Source: a bacterium (lineage in GTDB: Bacteria > Zhuqueibacterota > Zhuqueibacteria > Oceanimicrobiales > Oceanimicrobiaceae). From it: DNA of 64,000 nucleotides. Location: contig JBBIIG010000010.1 in NCBI GenBank assembly GCA_037446635.1, positions 32,600 to 96,599 of the forward strand, read 5' to 3'. Position numbers and translations under genes: made by a program. Position 1 is the first letter of the stretch, and every line of letters begins with the position of its first letter. The notes under the pieces are model-generated. The model was not told the DNA's origin, made no database searches, and worked only from the letters and a program-made list of their open reading frames with translations. Shown here in pieces: positions 18,575-28,763 of this stretch.

Positions 18575-21265
18575 ATGCCAAGGAAGTCAATTCGTTTTTT
18601 GACGTATTTGTTCGCCGTGGGATTAGCCACGCTGGTGTGCACGAAAACTCCGCCGCTGGCGCCAACGCCAAGCAACCAAAGCAACGCCGTGGTCTTGATT
18701 AGTTTCCAGAGTGTCCCGAACACCGTCGCGCCCGGCGGCCTTGCGGTAATTCAAGGCAGGTGGGTGAACCCGGTCGGCGACGCCATCGCCAATTTGCCGG
18801 TGCAGTTTTCCACCAACCTCGGCGCGATTGTCCCCGCGGCGACGACCACCAACGCGCAGGGCATCGCCACGGCGCAATTCACTGCGCCGCAGCAGACCGG
18901 CGTCGCGTCGATCACGGTTTCATTTGACTCGACGCAAACGCGCACCCTCACGGTTGAAATCAAAACGTCTTCACAAACAATTACGTTGACGCCGGAACAA
19001 AACGCCCTTTTGGGAAACGGCGTCAGTTCCACGCGCATTTTTTCGCGCTGGCTGAAAGACGGCAAGCCGCTGGCCGCCGCGCCAGTTACGTTTGAAACCA
19101 CCAGCGGCGCGCTTTCCGCCGACGCCCTCACCGATTCCTCCGGCGAGGCCACGGCGACTTTGACCTCCGCCGCCACCGCCGTGGACGTGATGGCGCAGAT
19201 CACCGCGCGCGCCGCCGGCGAGGAGGCCGTCGCGCAGGTTCTGTTCAAAGGCGTCAGTTTTGAGATGAGCGCCTCGCCGGTCAGCATCATCGCCGACGGC
19301 CGCAGCACCTCCACCATCACAGTTATTTTAAAAGAATCCACCAGCAAAGTGGCCATCGCCGGCGAAACCGTGATTTTCGGGACCGACCTGGGCACCATCC
19401 CCAACGCCGGCGTCAGCAATTCCAGCGGCATCGCTCGCGCCGAGTTGACCAGCTCCACCCAAACCGGCGTGGCCAGCGTGATCGCGATCTACGGCCAAAC
19501 CTTTCGCGACACGGTGCAGGTAGCGTTTAGCCAATCGCAGCCGGCTTTTCTACATGTCTCCGCCGACCCCGCTGTGATTTTTGCCGATAATCAAAGCACT
19601 TCAAAAATAAAAGCAGTGGTTTCAGATCAAAACAACAACGCCGTGCCCGACGGCACGCCGGTGAATTTTGAAATCATCGACGGCAGCGGCAGCATCGAAT
19701 CCAACAAAATTACGACTGCCGGTGTGGCCACCAGCACGCTGACCAGCAGCACGAAGCCCGACACCGTGACCATCGTCGTTCGCGTCGGCCAACTGACGGA
19801 CACCACGACGGTGCGCTACATCGTGGGCGAAGTGAAAACGGTTTCGCTCACCGCCGATTCCAGCTCGCTGCCCGCCGACGGCATCACCAGCGCCACGGTG
19901 ACGGCATACGTTTATGACGCGGTGGGGCACCCGGTTTTGGATGGCACGCGCGTCTCTTTCACCACCGACATCGGCAACATCACGCCGTCGGCGCAAACCG
20001 TGAATGGCCAGGCGTCGGCGCAATTCAGCAGCAACGTCACCGGCGTTGCCACCATTCGCGCGGCCGTGGGCAGCATCTTTGATGAAATCAATATTCAGCT
20101 TCGGCCGGGGCCGCCCAACAGCATTTTGTTGTCTTACAATCCCAACACGCTGGGCGTGAAAGATTCCGGCCGCAACCAATCGCTGATGGTTACCGCTTTG
20201 GTGGTGGACAGCAAAAACAATCCGGTGAGCGACGGCACGTACGTGGCGTTTTCACTGTTTTCGTCTCCGGGCGGCGGCGAGTTTTTGAGCAGCACCGCGC
20301 CGGTTCCGACGTTGAATGGCAAGGCGCAAGTTTCGCTGAACAGCGGCATCCGTTCCGGCAGCGTGCGGATTTTGGCGCGGGTTACCGACGCGCAGGGCGT
20401 GCCGATTGCGCCGGAAGTGCGCTCAGTTTCCACGGAGATTATCATTTTTGCCGGGCCGCCGTTTATCGAAAATATCAACGACCGCGCCACCAGCCACCTT
20501 TCGGTGGGGGCGCGCCCCCTCAACGTTTACGGCTGGAACGTGGTGAACAACACCGCAACCGTGGTGGCGTTGGTTGGAGATAAATACAACAACCCGGTGC
20601 CGCCCGGAACCGCGGTGTACTTCACCACCACCGGCGGGGTAATTTCCACGCACACCGGTTTCACCGACGACGAGGGCGTGGCCACGGTGACCATCCGCAC
20701 CGGACAACCGTACCCGACGATTGCGCGATATTACAACACGTTTTTCGATCCCAACTTTCCGGGGAATGTGATTCCGGGGCCGATTCCGGATTTTGAAAAC
20801 GGGGAGGTTTTAAACTCCGTGGGAGATACGATCGAGAACGACGGCATCGTGCGGATTTTGGCGGAGACCGAGGGGGTGGATAGCAACGGCAATCCGGCGC
20901 GCGTGTGGTCGGTGACCGATTTGGTGTTCTCCGGCAGCATCGCGGTTTTTGAGGTGACGGCCTCGGCGACCGATTTGAGTCCGGGCCAATCCGCCAACAT
21001 TGACTTTAAAATTTACGACGAAAACGGCAACCCGATTGTGGCGGGTTCGGAGATTTCCGTGCAGGTCTCCGCTGGCGCTTTGTCGTGGACCACGTTGACG
21101 ACCAGCGACCCCGGCGTCACCCATTACCGGGTGGTGCTGACGAACGATCTCGATCCCGGCGATCCCAACGCGCGGGAAACCGCCACGCCGGTGACCATCG
21201 TGGTCAACAGCCCGAACGGCAACGCCATTCAATCGTCATCAACCATCAACTTAAGATTAAATTAG
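18575..21265 (+). CDS. Exported invasin/intimin-type Big_1 Ig-repeat protein, possible lipoprotein adhesin
   Basis: Signal peptide ending in Cys; repeated ADGxSTxTIT...DGTxVxFxTxxG...GxAxAxLTS modules; no beta-barrel in the chain. Confidence 0.82.
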   Translation: MPRKSIRFLTYLFAVGLATLVCTKTPPLAPTPSNQSNAVVLISFQSVPNTVAPGGLAVIQGRWVNPVGDAIANLPVQFSTNLGAIVPAATTTNAQGIATAQFTAPQQTGVASITVSFDSTQTRTLTVEIKTSSQTITLTPEQNALLGNGVSSTRIFSRWLKDGKPLAAAPVTFETTSGALSADALTDSSGEATATLTSAATAVDVMAQITARAAGEEAVAQVLFKGVSFEMSASPVSIIADGRSTSTITVILKESTSKVAIAGETVIFGTDLGTIPNAGVSNSSGIARAELTSSTQTGVASVIAIYGQTFRDTVQVAFSQSQPAFLHVSADPAVIFADNQSTSKIKAVVSDQNNNAVPDGTPVNFEIIDGSGSIESNKITTAGVATSTLTSSTKPDTVTIVVRVGQLTDTTTVRYIVGEVKTVSLTADSSSLPADGITSATVTAYVYDAVGHPVLDGTRVSFTTDIGNITPSAQTVNGQASAQFSSNVTGVATIRAAVGSIFDEINIQLRPGPPNSILLSYNPNTLGVKDSGRNQSLMVTALVVDSKNNPVSDGTYVAFSLFSSPGGGEFLSSTAPVPTLNGKAQVSLNSGIRSGSVRILARVTDAQGVPIAPEVRSVSTEIIIFAGPPFIENINDRATSHLSVGARPLNVYGWNVVNNTATVVALVGDKYNNPVPPGTAVYFTTTGGVISTHTGFTDDEGVATVTIRTGQPYPTIARYYNTFFDPNFPGNVIPGPIPDFENGEVLNSVGDTIENDGIVRILAETEGVDSNGNPARVWSVTDLVFSGSIAVFEVTASATDLSPGQSANIDFKIYDENGNPIVAGSEISVQVSAGALSWTTLTTSDPGVTHYRVVLTNDLDPGDPNARETATPVTIVVNSPNGNAIQSSSTINLRLN

Positions 21266-21274
21266 GGACGAACC

Positions 21275-22045
21275 GTGAAAACATCGACGTTTATTTTTTT
21301 GAGCTGCTTTTTCGTGATGGGCGTTCAGCGGCTGGCCGCGCAGCCCATCGGCGGCCCGGCGCTCAGCAACAGCCATCGCGAATTCACGCTGAGCTTCAGC
21401 GGCGGGTACGTTAAGAAAGAAATTTTTGGCGTGGAAAATCAATCGACGCGATTTTTGGCCAAAGGAATTTTGGGCTTTGCCAACCATTTTGATATTTTTC
21501 TCGAGATTGGCGCCGCCAACCTCGCGCTGGAACTTTCGGGCGACGCGCCGCTGAATTTGGAAGACAAATACCGCCTCGCGTTGGGCGGCGGGTTCACCCT
21601 TCGCTATTTGCGAATTCAACCAGTGCGGACGTCGTTTTTTTTGAAGGGACAAATCTTTCGCACCACCAGCGAACCCTCGGCGCGAACGACCACGATGTTG
21701 GCCGGGCTGCCGGTCACCCAATTGCTGGTTTTGAAATACGATTGGCGCGAAGCCGTCTTCAGCAGCGGTTTTGTGAAAGAAATCGGCGTGATGAATTTTT
21801 TCGCCGGCGCGCGCGGCAGCCTCACGCAGCGGCTGGAAACTAAAATTTCCTCCACTGGCATTGCTGGCGATTCTGGTTCGGAGATTCGCGAAACCGGCGA
21901 ATACCGCAGCGGCTTCGAGACCCAACCTTTTTTAGGTGTTGAATTCAAACTTCCGGCGCGCTATCTTTTCAGTTGTGAGATCAGCGGCCGCAGCGCCTCC
22001 GATTTTGCTTTTTATATTGGCATTAGCCAGACGGGCAGGCCGTAA
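21275..22045 (+). CDS. Exported protein, probable outer-membrane beta-barrel
   Basis: Signal peptide, alternating amphipathic strands, C-terminal FAFYIGISQ; 9 bp after the Ig-repeat gene. Confidence 0.65.
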   Translation: MKTSTFIFLSCFFVMGVQRLAAQPIGGPALSNSHREFTLSFSGGYVKKEIFGVENQSTRFLAKGILGFANHFDIFLEIGAANLALELSGDAPLNLEDKYRLALGGGFTLRYLRIQPVRTSFFLKGQIFRTTSEPSARTTTMLAGLPVTQLLVLKYDWREAVFSSGFVKEIGVMNFFAGARGSLTQRLETKISSTGIAGDSGSEIRETGEYRSGFETQPFLGVEFKLPARYLFSCEISGRSASDFAFYIGISQTGRP

Positions 22046-22250
22046 ATATTTGGATGGTTAAGGGCGAGGGAGCATAGAGCACTTGAAAACTCAAATGTCG
22101 AATGTGGGAGGCATAATATTTGCAAAATTTACCGCCGTCTTTTTTCTTCTCGCTTGTTTTTCTGCAAAGCCGTAATATCAATTTGTAATAGTGCGACTTC
22201 GACGCCAAATCAAAATTTTCTGAATGATCGAAACTAAGCGCTAAATAATT

Positions 22251-23189
22251 ATGCAGCTTAAGAAATCAAGAAAGTACGACAAAATTCGCTTGATCTTTTT
22301 TTCGCCGTCAGAATCCGAAATCCGCCAGTTTGAATTCAATCTTCAGCGGCTGATTTCCATGACGCTTATTACCGCCGCTGTTTTCGGGGGAATTTTTGTG
22401 GGGTCTGTTGCAATTTGCGACAGGCTGTTTCAAAGTAATACGAGCCAGGCCTTGGCAAAACGCAACGAGTTTTTAAAAGTACAGGTTTCGAAGCTGAATA
22501 GCAGTATCGAAAAAATGAATTCAAAGTTACTGGTAATGGAAGACGAGACCGAAGACATGGAGGTGTTGGCCGGCCTGACCGCAACAACTACGGATAGCCA
22601 ACTGGCCGCCGACTTTTCCGCCAATCAAAATGAAATGGTGATGGCCTCATTTCCAATCTATAAAAACGCTGCGAAGCTGAATGTCGCCGACCACCTCGAC
22701 GAGCTCGAGGCCCGAATCGAACAGGCGATGAACATTCAAAGTTTGATCGACGAGCACTACCTGCAGCCGCAGATGGGTATCAAATACATTCCCTCGATTC
22801 GGCCGGTTGAAGGCGGCCGCATCACCGACAAATTTGGCAACCGTAAAGATCCGTTTGTCGAACGCGTCAAGCATCACCGCGGCATCGATCTTTCCGCGCG
22901 CTACGGCACAACCGTTTATGCGGTTGCGGCCGGCGTCGTGGAGTTCACCCGCGTCAAATATCGCATGAACGCCGGCTACGGTCGCGTGGTGATTATCAAC
23001 CACGGCAACGGCTACAAAACATTGTACGGCCATCTCGCCAGCGTGAACGTGACGCGCGGACAAAAAGTGGAGCGCTGGGATATCATCGGAAAGTCCGGCG
23101 ATTCCGGCCGCGCCACTGGCCCGCATCTGCACTACGAAGTCTGGCGCAATGGCCGGCCGCAGAACCCGGAGAATTACATTCTCAACTAA
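22251..23189 (+). CDS. M23 family metallopeptidase with TM anchor and coiled coil
   Basis: HRGID, YGHL, TGPHLHYEV. Confidence 0.92.
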   Translation: MQLKKSRKYDKIRLIFFSPSESEIRQFEFNLQRLISMTLITAAVFGGIFVGSVAICDRLFQSNTSQALAKRNEFLKVQVSKLNSSIEKMNSKLLVMEDETEDMEVLAGLTATTTDSQLAADFSANQNEMVMASFPIYKNAAKLNVADHLDELEARIEQAMNIQSLIDEHYLQPQMGIKYIPSIRPVEGGRITDKFGNRKDPFVERVKHHRGIDLSARYGTTVYAVAAGVVEFTRVKYRMNAGYGRVVIINHGNGYKTLYGHLASVNVTRGQKVERWDIIGKSGDSGRATGPHLHYEVWRNGRPQNPENYILN

Positions 23190-23210
23190 TTTTTCCCGCC
23201 GATATTTTTC

Positions 23211-23239
23211 TTGACTCTCAACAAAAAATTGTGTATTAT
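23211..23239 (+). promoter_or_regulatory. sigma70-type promoter of the pyr operon
   Basis: TTGACT, 17 bp, TATTAT. Confidence 0.7.
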
Positions 23240-23249
23240 TGCACCCGAA

Positions 23250-23327
23250 ATTTTCACCTGAGGAGCGGTGGCAAGTAGCTTCGATTTTTAAATTCGCCTT
23301 CTCGATCATCTCGCGGAAGGCTTTTTT
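23250..23327 (+). promoter_or_regulatory. Probable PyrR attenuator (binding stem-loop plus terminator)
   Basis: CACC-TGAGGAGC-GGTG-GCAAG loosely resembles the PyrR loop; GCCTTC...GAAGGC-T6 terminator at 23296-23327 just before pyrR. Confidence 0.6.
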
Positions 23328-23336
23328 ATATTTCTC

Positions 23337-23891
23337 ATGCCCGAAACCAAAGCAATTCCAATATTCGACGCCGAAGCTCTCAACCGCACCATCGCCCGCT
23401 TGGCGTATGAAATTGTCGAGCGCAATCGCGGCGTTGACAATCTGGTGGTTCTGGGAATTCAAACTCGCGGTGTGCCCATTGCGCGGCGCATCATCGCCAA
23501 GATCAAGGAAATCGAAAATAAGGTTTTGCCGTTGGGCATTCTTGATGTCACCATGTATCGTGACGATGTCTTTAAAAAGATCAAACAACCGGTGGTGCAG
23601 CCGACGGAAATCAACTTTGAAATTCATGGCAAGGTGGTGATCCTCGTGGACGATGTTTTATACACGGGACGAACCGTTCGCGCCGCGCTGGATGCAATTA
23701 TTGACTTCGGCCGCCCTGCAAAAATTCAATTAGCGGTTTTGGTGGATCGCGGCCATCGCGAGCTGCCCATTCGCGCGGATTATGTCGGCGAAATCGTCGC
23801 CACCGAAATCGATGACGAGGTGATCGTCAACGTCGCCGAAGTAGATGGCCGGGACGGCGTGTTTTTGGTTAAAGCTGCGAAGGAAAGATAG
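23337..23891 (+). CDS. pyrR: Bifunctional pyr attenuation regulator / uracil phosphoribosyltransferase
   Basis: RLAYEIVE, LDVTMYRDD, VDDVLYTGRT, DRGHRELPI. Confidence 0.96.
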   Translation: MPETKAIPIFDAEALNRTIARLAYEIVERNRGVDNLVVLGIQTRGVPIARRIIAKIKEIENKVLPLGILDVTMYRDDVFKKIKQPVVQPTEINFEIHGKVVILVDDVLYTGRTVRAALDAIIDFGRPAKIQLAVLVDRGHRELPIRADYVGEIVATEIDDEVIVNVAEVDGRDGVFLVKAAKER

Positions 23892-24842
23892 TTGGAATTC
23901 AACCGCAAACATCTATTAGAACTCAAAGGGTTGACACGCGAAGAGATCACATTTATTTTAGACACCGCCGAATCGTTCAAGGAAGTCCTGAAGCGCCCCA
24001 TACCGAAAGTTCCCACCCTGCGCGGCAAAACCGTCGTTAATTTATTTTTTGAGCCCTCCACCCGAACGCGCATTTCGTTTGAGTTAGCGGAAAAGCGCCT
24101 CTCCGCCGACGCGGTTAATTTCACCGCCGCGACCTCTTCGGTGCTAAAAGGCGAGACGTTGCGTGACACGGCCCGCAACATCGAGGCTATGAACATCGAC
24201 ATGGTGGTGATCCGCCACAGCGCTGCCGGCGCGCCGCACTTTTTGACCCAGTGCGTGAAGGCCTCGATCATCAACGCCGGCGACGGCCAGCACGAGCACC
24301 CCACCCAGGGTTTGCTGGATATCATGACGCTGCGCGAAAAGTTCGGAAAGCTGGAGGGGTTGAAGGTCGCCATCATCGGCGACATCGCCCACAGTCGGGT
24401 GGCGCGCTCGAATATTTATGGTCTGCAAACGATGGGCGCAGAAGTGGCGCTCTGCGGCCCGCCAACTCTCATACCCGTTGAAGCCGAACAGTGGCGGGCG
24501 GAGATTTTTTATAATTTAGATCAAGCCTTGCAATGGGCCGACGCCCTAAACGTGTTGCGTCTTCAATTGGAGCGCCAACAAAAGGGCCTTTTTCCTTCGA
24601 TTCGGGAATATCATAAAATGTACGGCATCACCCGCCGGCGTTTGGAGAAAGCGAAGAAGGAGATCACGATTTTGCACCCGGGGCCCATCAACCGCGGGGT
24701 GGAAATCGAAAGCGAAATGGCCGACAGCGAGTTTTCTTTGATTCTCGATCAGGTCACCAACGGCGTCGCCGTGCGCATGGCCGTGCTCTATTTGCTCAGC
24801 GGCGGCAAAGGCGTTGATAGTTTGGATGAATCACAAAATTAA
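23892..24842 (+). CDS. pyrB: Aspartate carbamoyltransferase catalytic subunit
   Basis: [29 protein letters not shown]. Confidence 0.97.
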   Translation: MEFNRKHLLELKGLTREEITFILDTAESFKEVLKRPIPKVPTLRGKTVVNLFFEPSTRTRISFELAEKRLSADAVNFTAATSSVLKGETLRDTARNIEAMNIDMVVIRHSAAGAPHFLTQCVKASIINAGDGQHEHPTQGLLDIMTLREKFGKLEGLKVAIIGDIAHSRVARSNIYGLQTMGAEVALCGPPTLIPVEAEQWRAEIFYNLDQALQWADALNVLRLQLERQQKGLFPSIREYHKMYGITRRRLEKAKKEITILHPGPINRGVEIESEMADSEFSLILDQVTNGVAVRMAVLYLLSGGKGVDSLDESQN

Positions 24843-24969
24843 AAATTCAACGCGGAAAGTATTCAACAACGATGAACACCGACGATTACTGAAATTTTCA
24901 AAAAATGGCTGTGGTCATCAACTAACTTCGGTGATTTCAGTGTTTAATTTTTAAAAATTCAAAAGCCGG

Positions 24970-26274
24970 ATGAGTCTAGCAGAAAACGCGAAATCAATTA
25001 ATCGAATTTTGTTCAAAAACGCCCTGGTGGTCGATCCGGAAAATTTGACCCAACGCGTCGCGGACGTGCTTGTTGAAGACGGAAAGCTTAAAGACATCGG
25101 CAAATTGGCCGACGCTACGTTTCGCGGCAAGTCCATCGACTGCACCGGTCTGGTGCTGTGCCCCGGTTTGCTCGACATGCACGTGCACTTGCGCGAGCCG
25201 GGCCGTGAAGACGAAGAGACCGTTGAAAGCGGCTGCGACGCCGCCATGATGGGCGGCTTCACCAGCGTGTGCCCGATGCCCAACACCGATCCCGCGGCGG
25301 ACAACGCCGAGGTGATCGAATTTTTAAAGCGCCGCGCCAAAGATTTGCTGGCGGACGTGTTTCCCATCGCGGCGGTCACCAAAGGGCGCGCGGGCGCCGA
25401 GCTCACCGAAATGGGCGAGTTGGTGGAGGCCGGCGCCGTGGCGTTTTCCGACGACGGCGACCCGGTGGCAACCGCTGAAATGATGCGCCGGGCGCTGGAA
25501 TACGCCCGACTGTTCGACGTTCCCATTATCGATCATTGCGAGGACAAAGCATTATCGAAAAATGGCTGCATGCACGAGGGGCGATTTTCGACGCAATTGG
25601 GTCTCCCCGGTATGCCCAGTTTGTCCGAAGAAGTTATTGTGGCGCGCGACATCCAGGTGGCCGAATTCACCAAGGGGCGGTTGCATATCGCCCACATTTC
25701 CACGGCGGGCGCGGTGGAACTGGTGCGGCAGGCAAAGGGAAAGGGCGTCAAGGTGACGTGCGAAGTGACCCCGCATCATTTTACCCTGAATCATGAAGCC
25801 GTGCTCACTTACGACACCAACGCCAAAATGAACCCGCCGCTGCGCACTGCCGCCGACGTGGAAGCAATGTTGGCGGGCCTGCGCGACGGCACTATCGATG
25901 TCATCGCCAGCGATCACGCGCCCCACGCCATTGAAGAAAAGGAGGTGGAGTTCGACGCTGCGCCCTTCGGAATCGTCGGCCTCGAAACCGCGTTGGGCCT
26001 GGTCGTCACTCATCTGGTGAAAACGGGCACGTTGACCCTGCCACAGGCCATCTCCAAGATGACGGTCAACCCCGCATCGATTCTAAAATTGGATCGCGGC
26101 CGGCTGAAAATTGGCGCCCCCGCTTCGCTGACGATTTTCAACGCCGACGAAGAATGGGCAGTCGATAAACGCCTTTTGAAATCCAAATCGAAGAATACGC
26201 CCTTTCACGATTGGAAATTGCAAGGTCGAGTTTTCGGACTTTATAATAACGGGTTATGGTGGCAACGGCCCTAA
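24970..26274 (+). CDS. pyrC: Dihydroorotase (type I)
   Basis: DMHVHLREPG, MPNT, KMNPPLR, SDHAPH. Confidence 0.96.
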   Translation: MSLAENAKSINRILFKNALVVDPENLTQRVADVLVEDGKLKDIGKLADATFRGKSIDCTGLVLCPGLLDMHVHLREPGREDEETVESGCDAAMMGGFTSVCPMPNTDPAADNAEVIEFLKRRAKDLLADVFPIAAVTKGRAGAELTEMGELVEAGAVAFSDDGDPVATAEMMRRALEYARLFDVPIIDHCEDKALSKNGCMHEGRFSTQLGLPGMPSLSEEVIVARDIQVAEFTKGRLHIAHISTAGAVELVRQAKGKGVKVTCEVTPHHFTLNHEAVLTYDTNAKMNPPLRTAADVEAMLAGLRDGTIDVIASDHAPHAIEEKEVEFDAAPFGIVGLETALGLVVTHLVKTGTLTLPQAISKMTVNPASILKLDRGRLKIGAPASLTIFNADEEWAVDKRLLKSKSKNTPFHDWKLQGRVFGLYNNGLWWQRP

Positions 26275-26308
26275 CTTGATTTATTCATTTTTTTGGAGGA
26301 GTGGAACG

Positions 26309-26854
26309 GTGCAAGTCGCGAAAGAGATTTTTTTTGTCAAAGGGGTGGGCAAGCACAAAGAGAAGCTAACGAGCTTCGAGCTGGCTTTGCGGGATGCTGA
26401 AATTGCGCAGTTCAATTTGGTGCGTGTGTCCAGCATTTTTCCGCCCTATTGCAAAATAGTTTCTAAAAAAGAGGGATTGCAAAAGCTGAAAGCCGGGCAA
26501 ATTCTTTACGTGGTGATGAGTCAGGCAGAAACCAACGAGCCCCATCGCTTGATTGCCGCGTCGATAGGGATCGCGATTCCCAAAGACCGCGCTCACTACG
26601 GCTATCTTTCGGAGCACCACAGCTACGGCCAGAAGGAGGACTTCGCCGGCGATTACGCCGAAGACCTCGCCGCCAGCATGTTGGCCACCATCCTCGGCGT
26701 GGAATTTGATCCCGATGCCTCGTGGGATCAAAAGAAGGAAATTTGGCGCATCAGCAATGAAATCGTCACCACCCGCAACATCACCCAATCGGCCGTGGGC
26801 GACAAAAATGGCTTGTGGACGACGGTCATCGCCGGCGCGGTGTTGATTTTTTAG
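26309..26854 (+). CDS. Pyruvoyl-dependent arginine decarboxylase (PdaD family)
   Basis: SFELALRDA...FNLVRVSSIFPP self-cleavage motif, GYLSEHH; GTG start after GGAGG (ORF open from 26276). Confidence 0.9.
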   Translation: MQVAKEIFFVKGVGKHKEKLTSFELALRDAEIAQFNLVRVSSIFPPYCKIVSKKEGLQKLKAGQILYVVMSQAETNEPHRLIAASIGIAIPKDRAHYGYLSEHHSYGQKEDFAGDYAEDLAASMLATILGVEFDPDASWDQKKEIWRISNEIVTTRNITQSAVGDKNGLWTTVIAGAVLIF

Positions 26855-26891
26855 GAGGGCTTAACCCTGTCAGGGTTGAATAGATCAACAT

Positions 26892-27758
26892 ATGCCAAAC
26901 AAATCTCACAATTTTTTAGATTTACCGGCCGATCTCAACAACCCCGAAACCGCCAAAACTGTGGTGTTGGGCGTGCCCTACGAAGCCACGACTACTTACG
27001 GAAAGGGTACAGCCAACGGGCCGCAAGCGATCGTCGCGGCCTCGTCGCAGATTGAGTTTTACGACGAAGAATTGGATGCCGAAACCTGCCGTATCGGCAT
27101 TGCCACCGATTTGTCGCTGCGGCGCTTCAGCTCCGATCCCGCCAAAGCCGTCCAGCAAATCAGCGGCGCCTGCGAGCGCTGGCTGGCGAAAAAGAAGCTC
27201 GTGGTTGGACTGGGCGGCGAGCACACGGTGACCGTGGGGCTGGTGGCTGCGTTCAAAAAATTCTACCCGAACCTGTCGGTGTTGCAGTTGGATGCCCACA
27301 GCGACCTGCGGAACGAATATCACGGGTCGCCGTTCAACCATGCCTGCGTGATGGCGCGCGTGCAGGAGATGTGCCCGTTCGTGGGTTTGGGCATTCGCAG
27401 CGGGGTGGCCGGCGAGCGCGCGGCGCTGCAGCCGCCTTCCACGGTGATGTACGCCCACGAAATGTATCATCAAAAAAATTGGGCGAAAACGGTTTTGCGA
27501 AAATTGGGCGATCCCGTTTATATCACGATCGATTTGGATTTCTTCGATCCAGCGGCCGTGCCCTCGGTGGGAACGCCGGAGCCGGGCGGCTTTCAGTGGG
27601 TCGAAACGCTGGAATTTTTGAAACAGGTGGTCGAGTCGCGGCAAATTATTGGTTTTGACGTGGTGGAGCTGGCGCCGCGGCCAAACTTTCCGGCGTCCGA
27701 TTTTTTCGCGGCCAAGCTCATTTACAAGCTGCTGGGGTATATTTTCTCCTCAAAATAA
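26892..27758 (+). CDS. speB: Agmatinase
   Basis: GGEH, DAHSD, DLDFFDP, GTPEPGG. Confidence 0.92.
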   Translation: MPNKSHNFLDLPADLNNPETAKTVVLGVPYEATTTYGKGTANGPQAIVAASSQIEFYDEELDAETCRIGIATDLSLRRFSSDPAKAVQQISGACERWLAKKKLVVGLGGEHTVTVGLVAAFKKFYPNLSVLQLDAHSDLRNEYHGSPFNHACVMARVQEMCPFVGLGIRSGVAGERAALQPPSTVMYAHEMYHQKNWAKTVLRKLGDPVYITIDLDFFDPAAVPSVGTPEPGGFQWVETLEFLKQVVESRQIIGFDVVELAPRPNFPASDFFAAKLIYKLLGYIFSSK

Positions 27759-27771
27759 AGCAACAAAATTC

Positions 27772-27798
27772 TTGACTATTACTTTGAAATGTTATAAT
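27772..27798 (+). promoter_or_regulatory. Promoter of the rplM operon (extended -10)
   Basis: TGtTATAAT at 27790-27798, TTGACT at 27772 (short 15 bp spacer). Confidence 0.6.
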
Positions 27799-27836
27799 TT
27801 ACCGCGCTTCTTTTTGAAAAATTAAGGAGAAAGACG

Positions 27837-28268
27837 TTGAGCACATACATCGCAAAGCCCGCGGAGGTCACGCGCAAATGGTACCTGGTCGATGCCGACG
27901 GGCAGATTTTAGGGCGGCTCGCCAGCCGGGTGGCGTCGATCCTGCGCGGCAAGCACAAGCCAAGTTATTCCCCGCACATGGACGTGGGCGATCACGTCAT
28001 CGTCATCAACGCGGAGAAAGTGCGGGTGTCCGGCAAAAAAGCCAAAAACAAACGCTACTACTGGAACACACTCTACCCCGGCGGCCTGCGCTTCAAAACC
28101 TATTCTGATATCATGAAAGAGAGCCCGGAGCGCATCCTCGAAAACGCCATTTCGGGAATGTTGCCGCACAACAAGCTCGGGCGCAAAATGTACAAAAAAC
28201 TGAAGGTGTACGTCGGTGATCAACATCATCACCAGGCGCAAAAACCCGAAAAACTGGAACTCAATTAA
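27837..28268 (+). CDS. rplM: 50S ribosomal protein L13
   Basis: [27 protein letters not shown]. Confidence 0.98.
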   Translation: MSTYIAKPAEVTRKWYLVDADGQILGRLASRVASILRGKHKPSYSPHMDVGDHVIVINAEKVRVSGKKAKNKRYYWNTLYPGGLRFKTYSDIMKESPERILENAISGMLPHNKLGRKMYKKLKVYVGDQHHHQAQKPEKLELN

Positions 28269-28277
28269 GAGGAGTCG

Positions 28278-28670
28278 ATGAAAGACACAGCATTTTCAGC
28301 CATTGGCCGGCGCAAAGAATCGGTGGCGCGGGTGTGGCTCGTCCCCGGCGCGGGGAAATTTGTGGTGAATAAGAAAGACCTGCTGGAATTTTTTAAGCGC
28401 GAAACCTTGAAAATGGTGATCGAGCAGCCGCTGCATGTTACCGACACCATTGGAAAATATGATGTTTACGCCAATGTCAACGGCGGCGGTCTCACCGGCC
28501 AAGCCGGCGCGCTTCGCCTCGGCATCGCCCGGGCGCTGCTCAAGGTCAGCGATGATTTTCGCCCCAAGCTCAAAGCCGCTGGTTTTCTCACTCGCGACCC
28601 GCGCATGAAAGAGAGGAAGAAGTACGGCATGGCGGGCGCGCGCAAACGATTCCAATTCTCCAAGCGTTAA
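28278..28670 (+). CDS. rpsI: 30S ribosomal protein S9
   Basis: [26 protein letters not shown]...QFSKR. Confidence 0.98.
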   Translation: MKDTAFSAIGRRKESVARVWLVPGAGKFVVNKKDLLEFFKRETLKMVIEQPLHVTDTIGKYDVYANVNGGGLTGQAGALRLGIARALLKVSDDFRPKLKAAGFLTRDPRMKERKKYGMAGARKRFQFSKR

Positions 28671-28683
28671 TGTTTTTAAATTT

Positions 28684-28750
28684 CACACACTGGCTGATCT
28701 TTGGGTGCCCTGATTGCGGGGTGAATTTCGAGCCAGTGGCGGCCTAACCC
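28684..28750 (+). promoter_or_regulatory. rpsB leader RNA (S2 autoregulatory element)
   Basis: CACACAC...GGGTGCCC...GTGGCGGCCTAACCC follows the layout of the E. coli rpsB leader; stem CACTGGCT/AGCCAGTG. Confidence 0.75.
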
Positions 28751-28763
28751 AAACGGAGGTTTT

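Noticed and set aside
23239..23640. 133-aa ORF as a pyr leader peptide
   Set aside because: Starts at the -10 box, runs through the attenuator and overlaps pyrR out of frame
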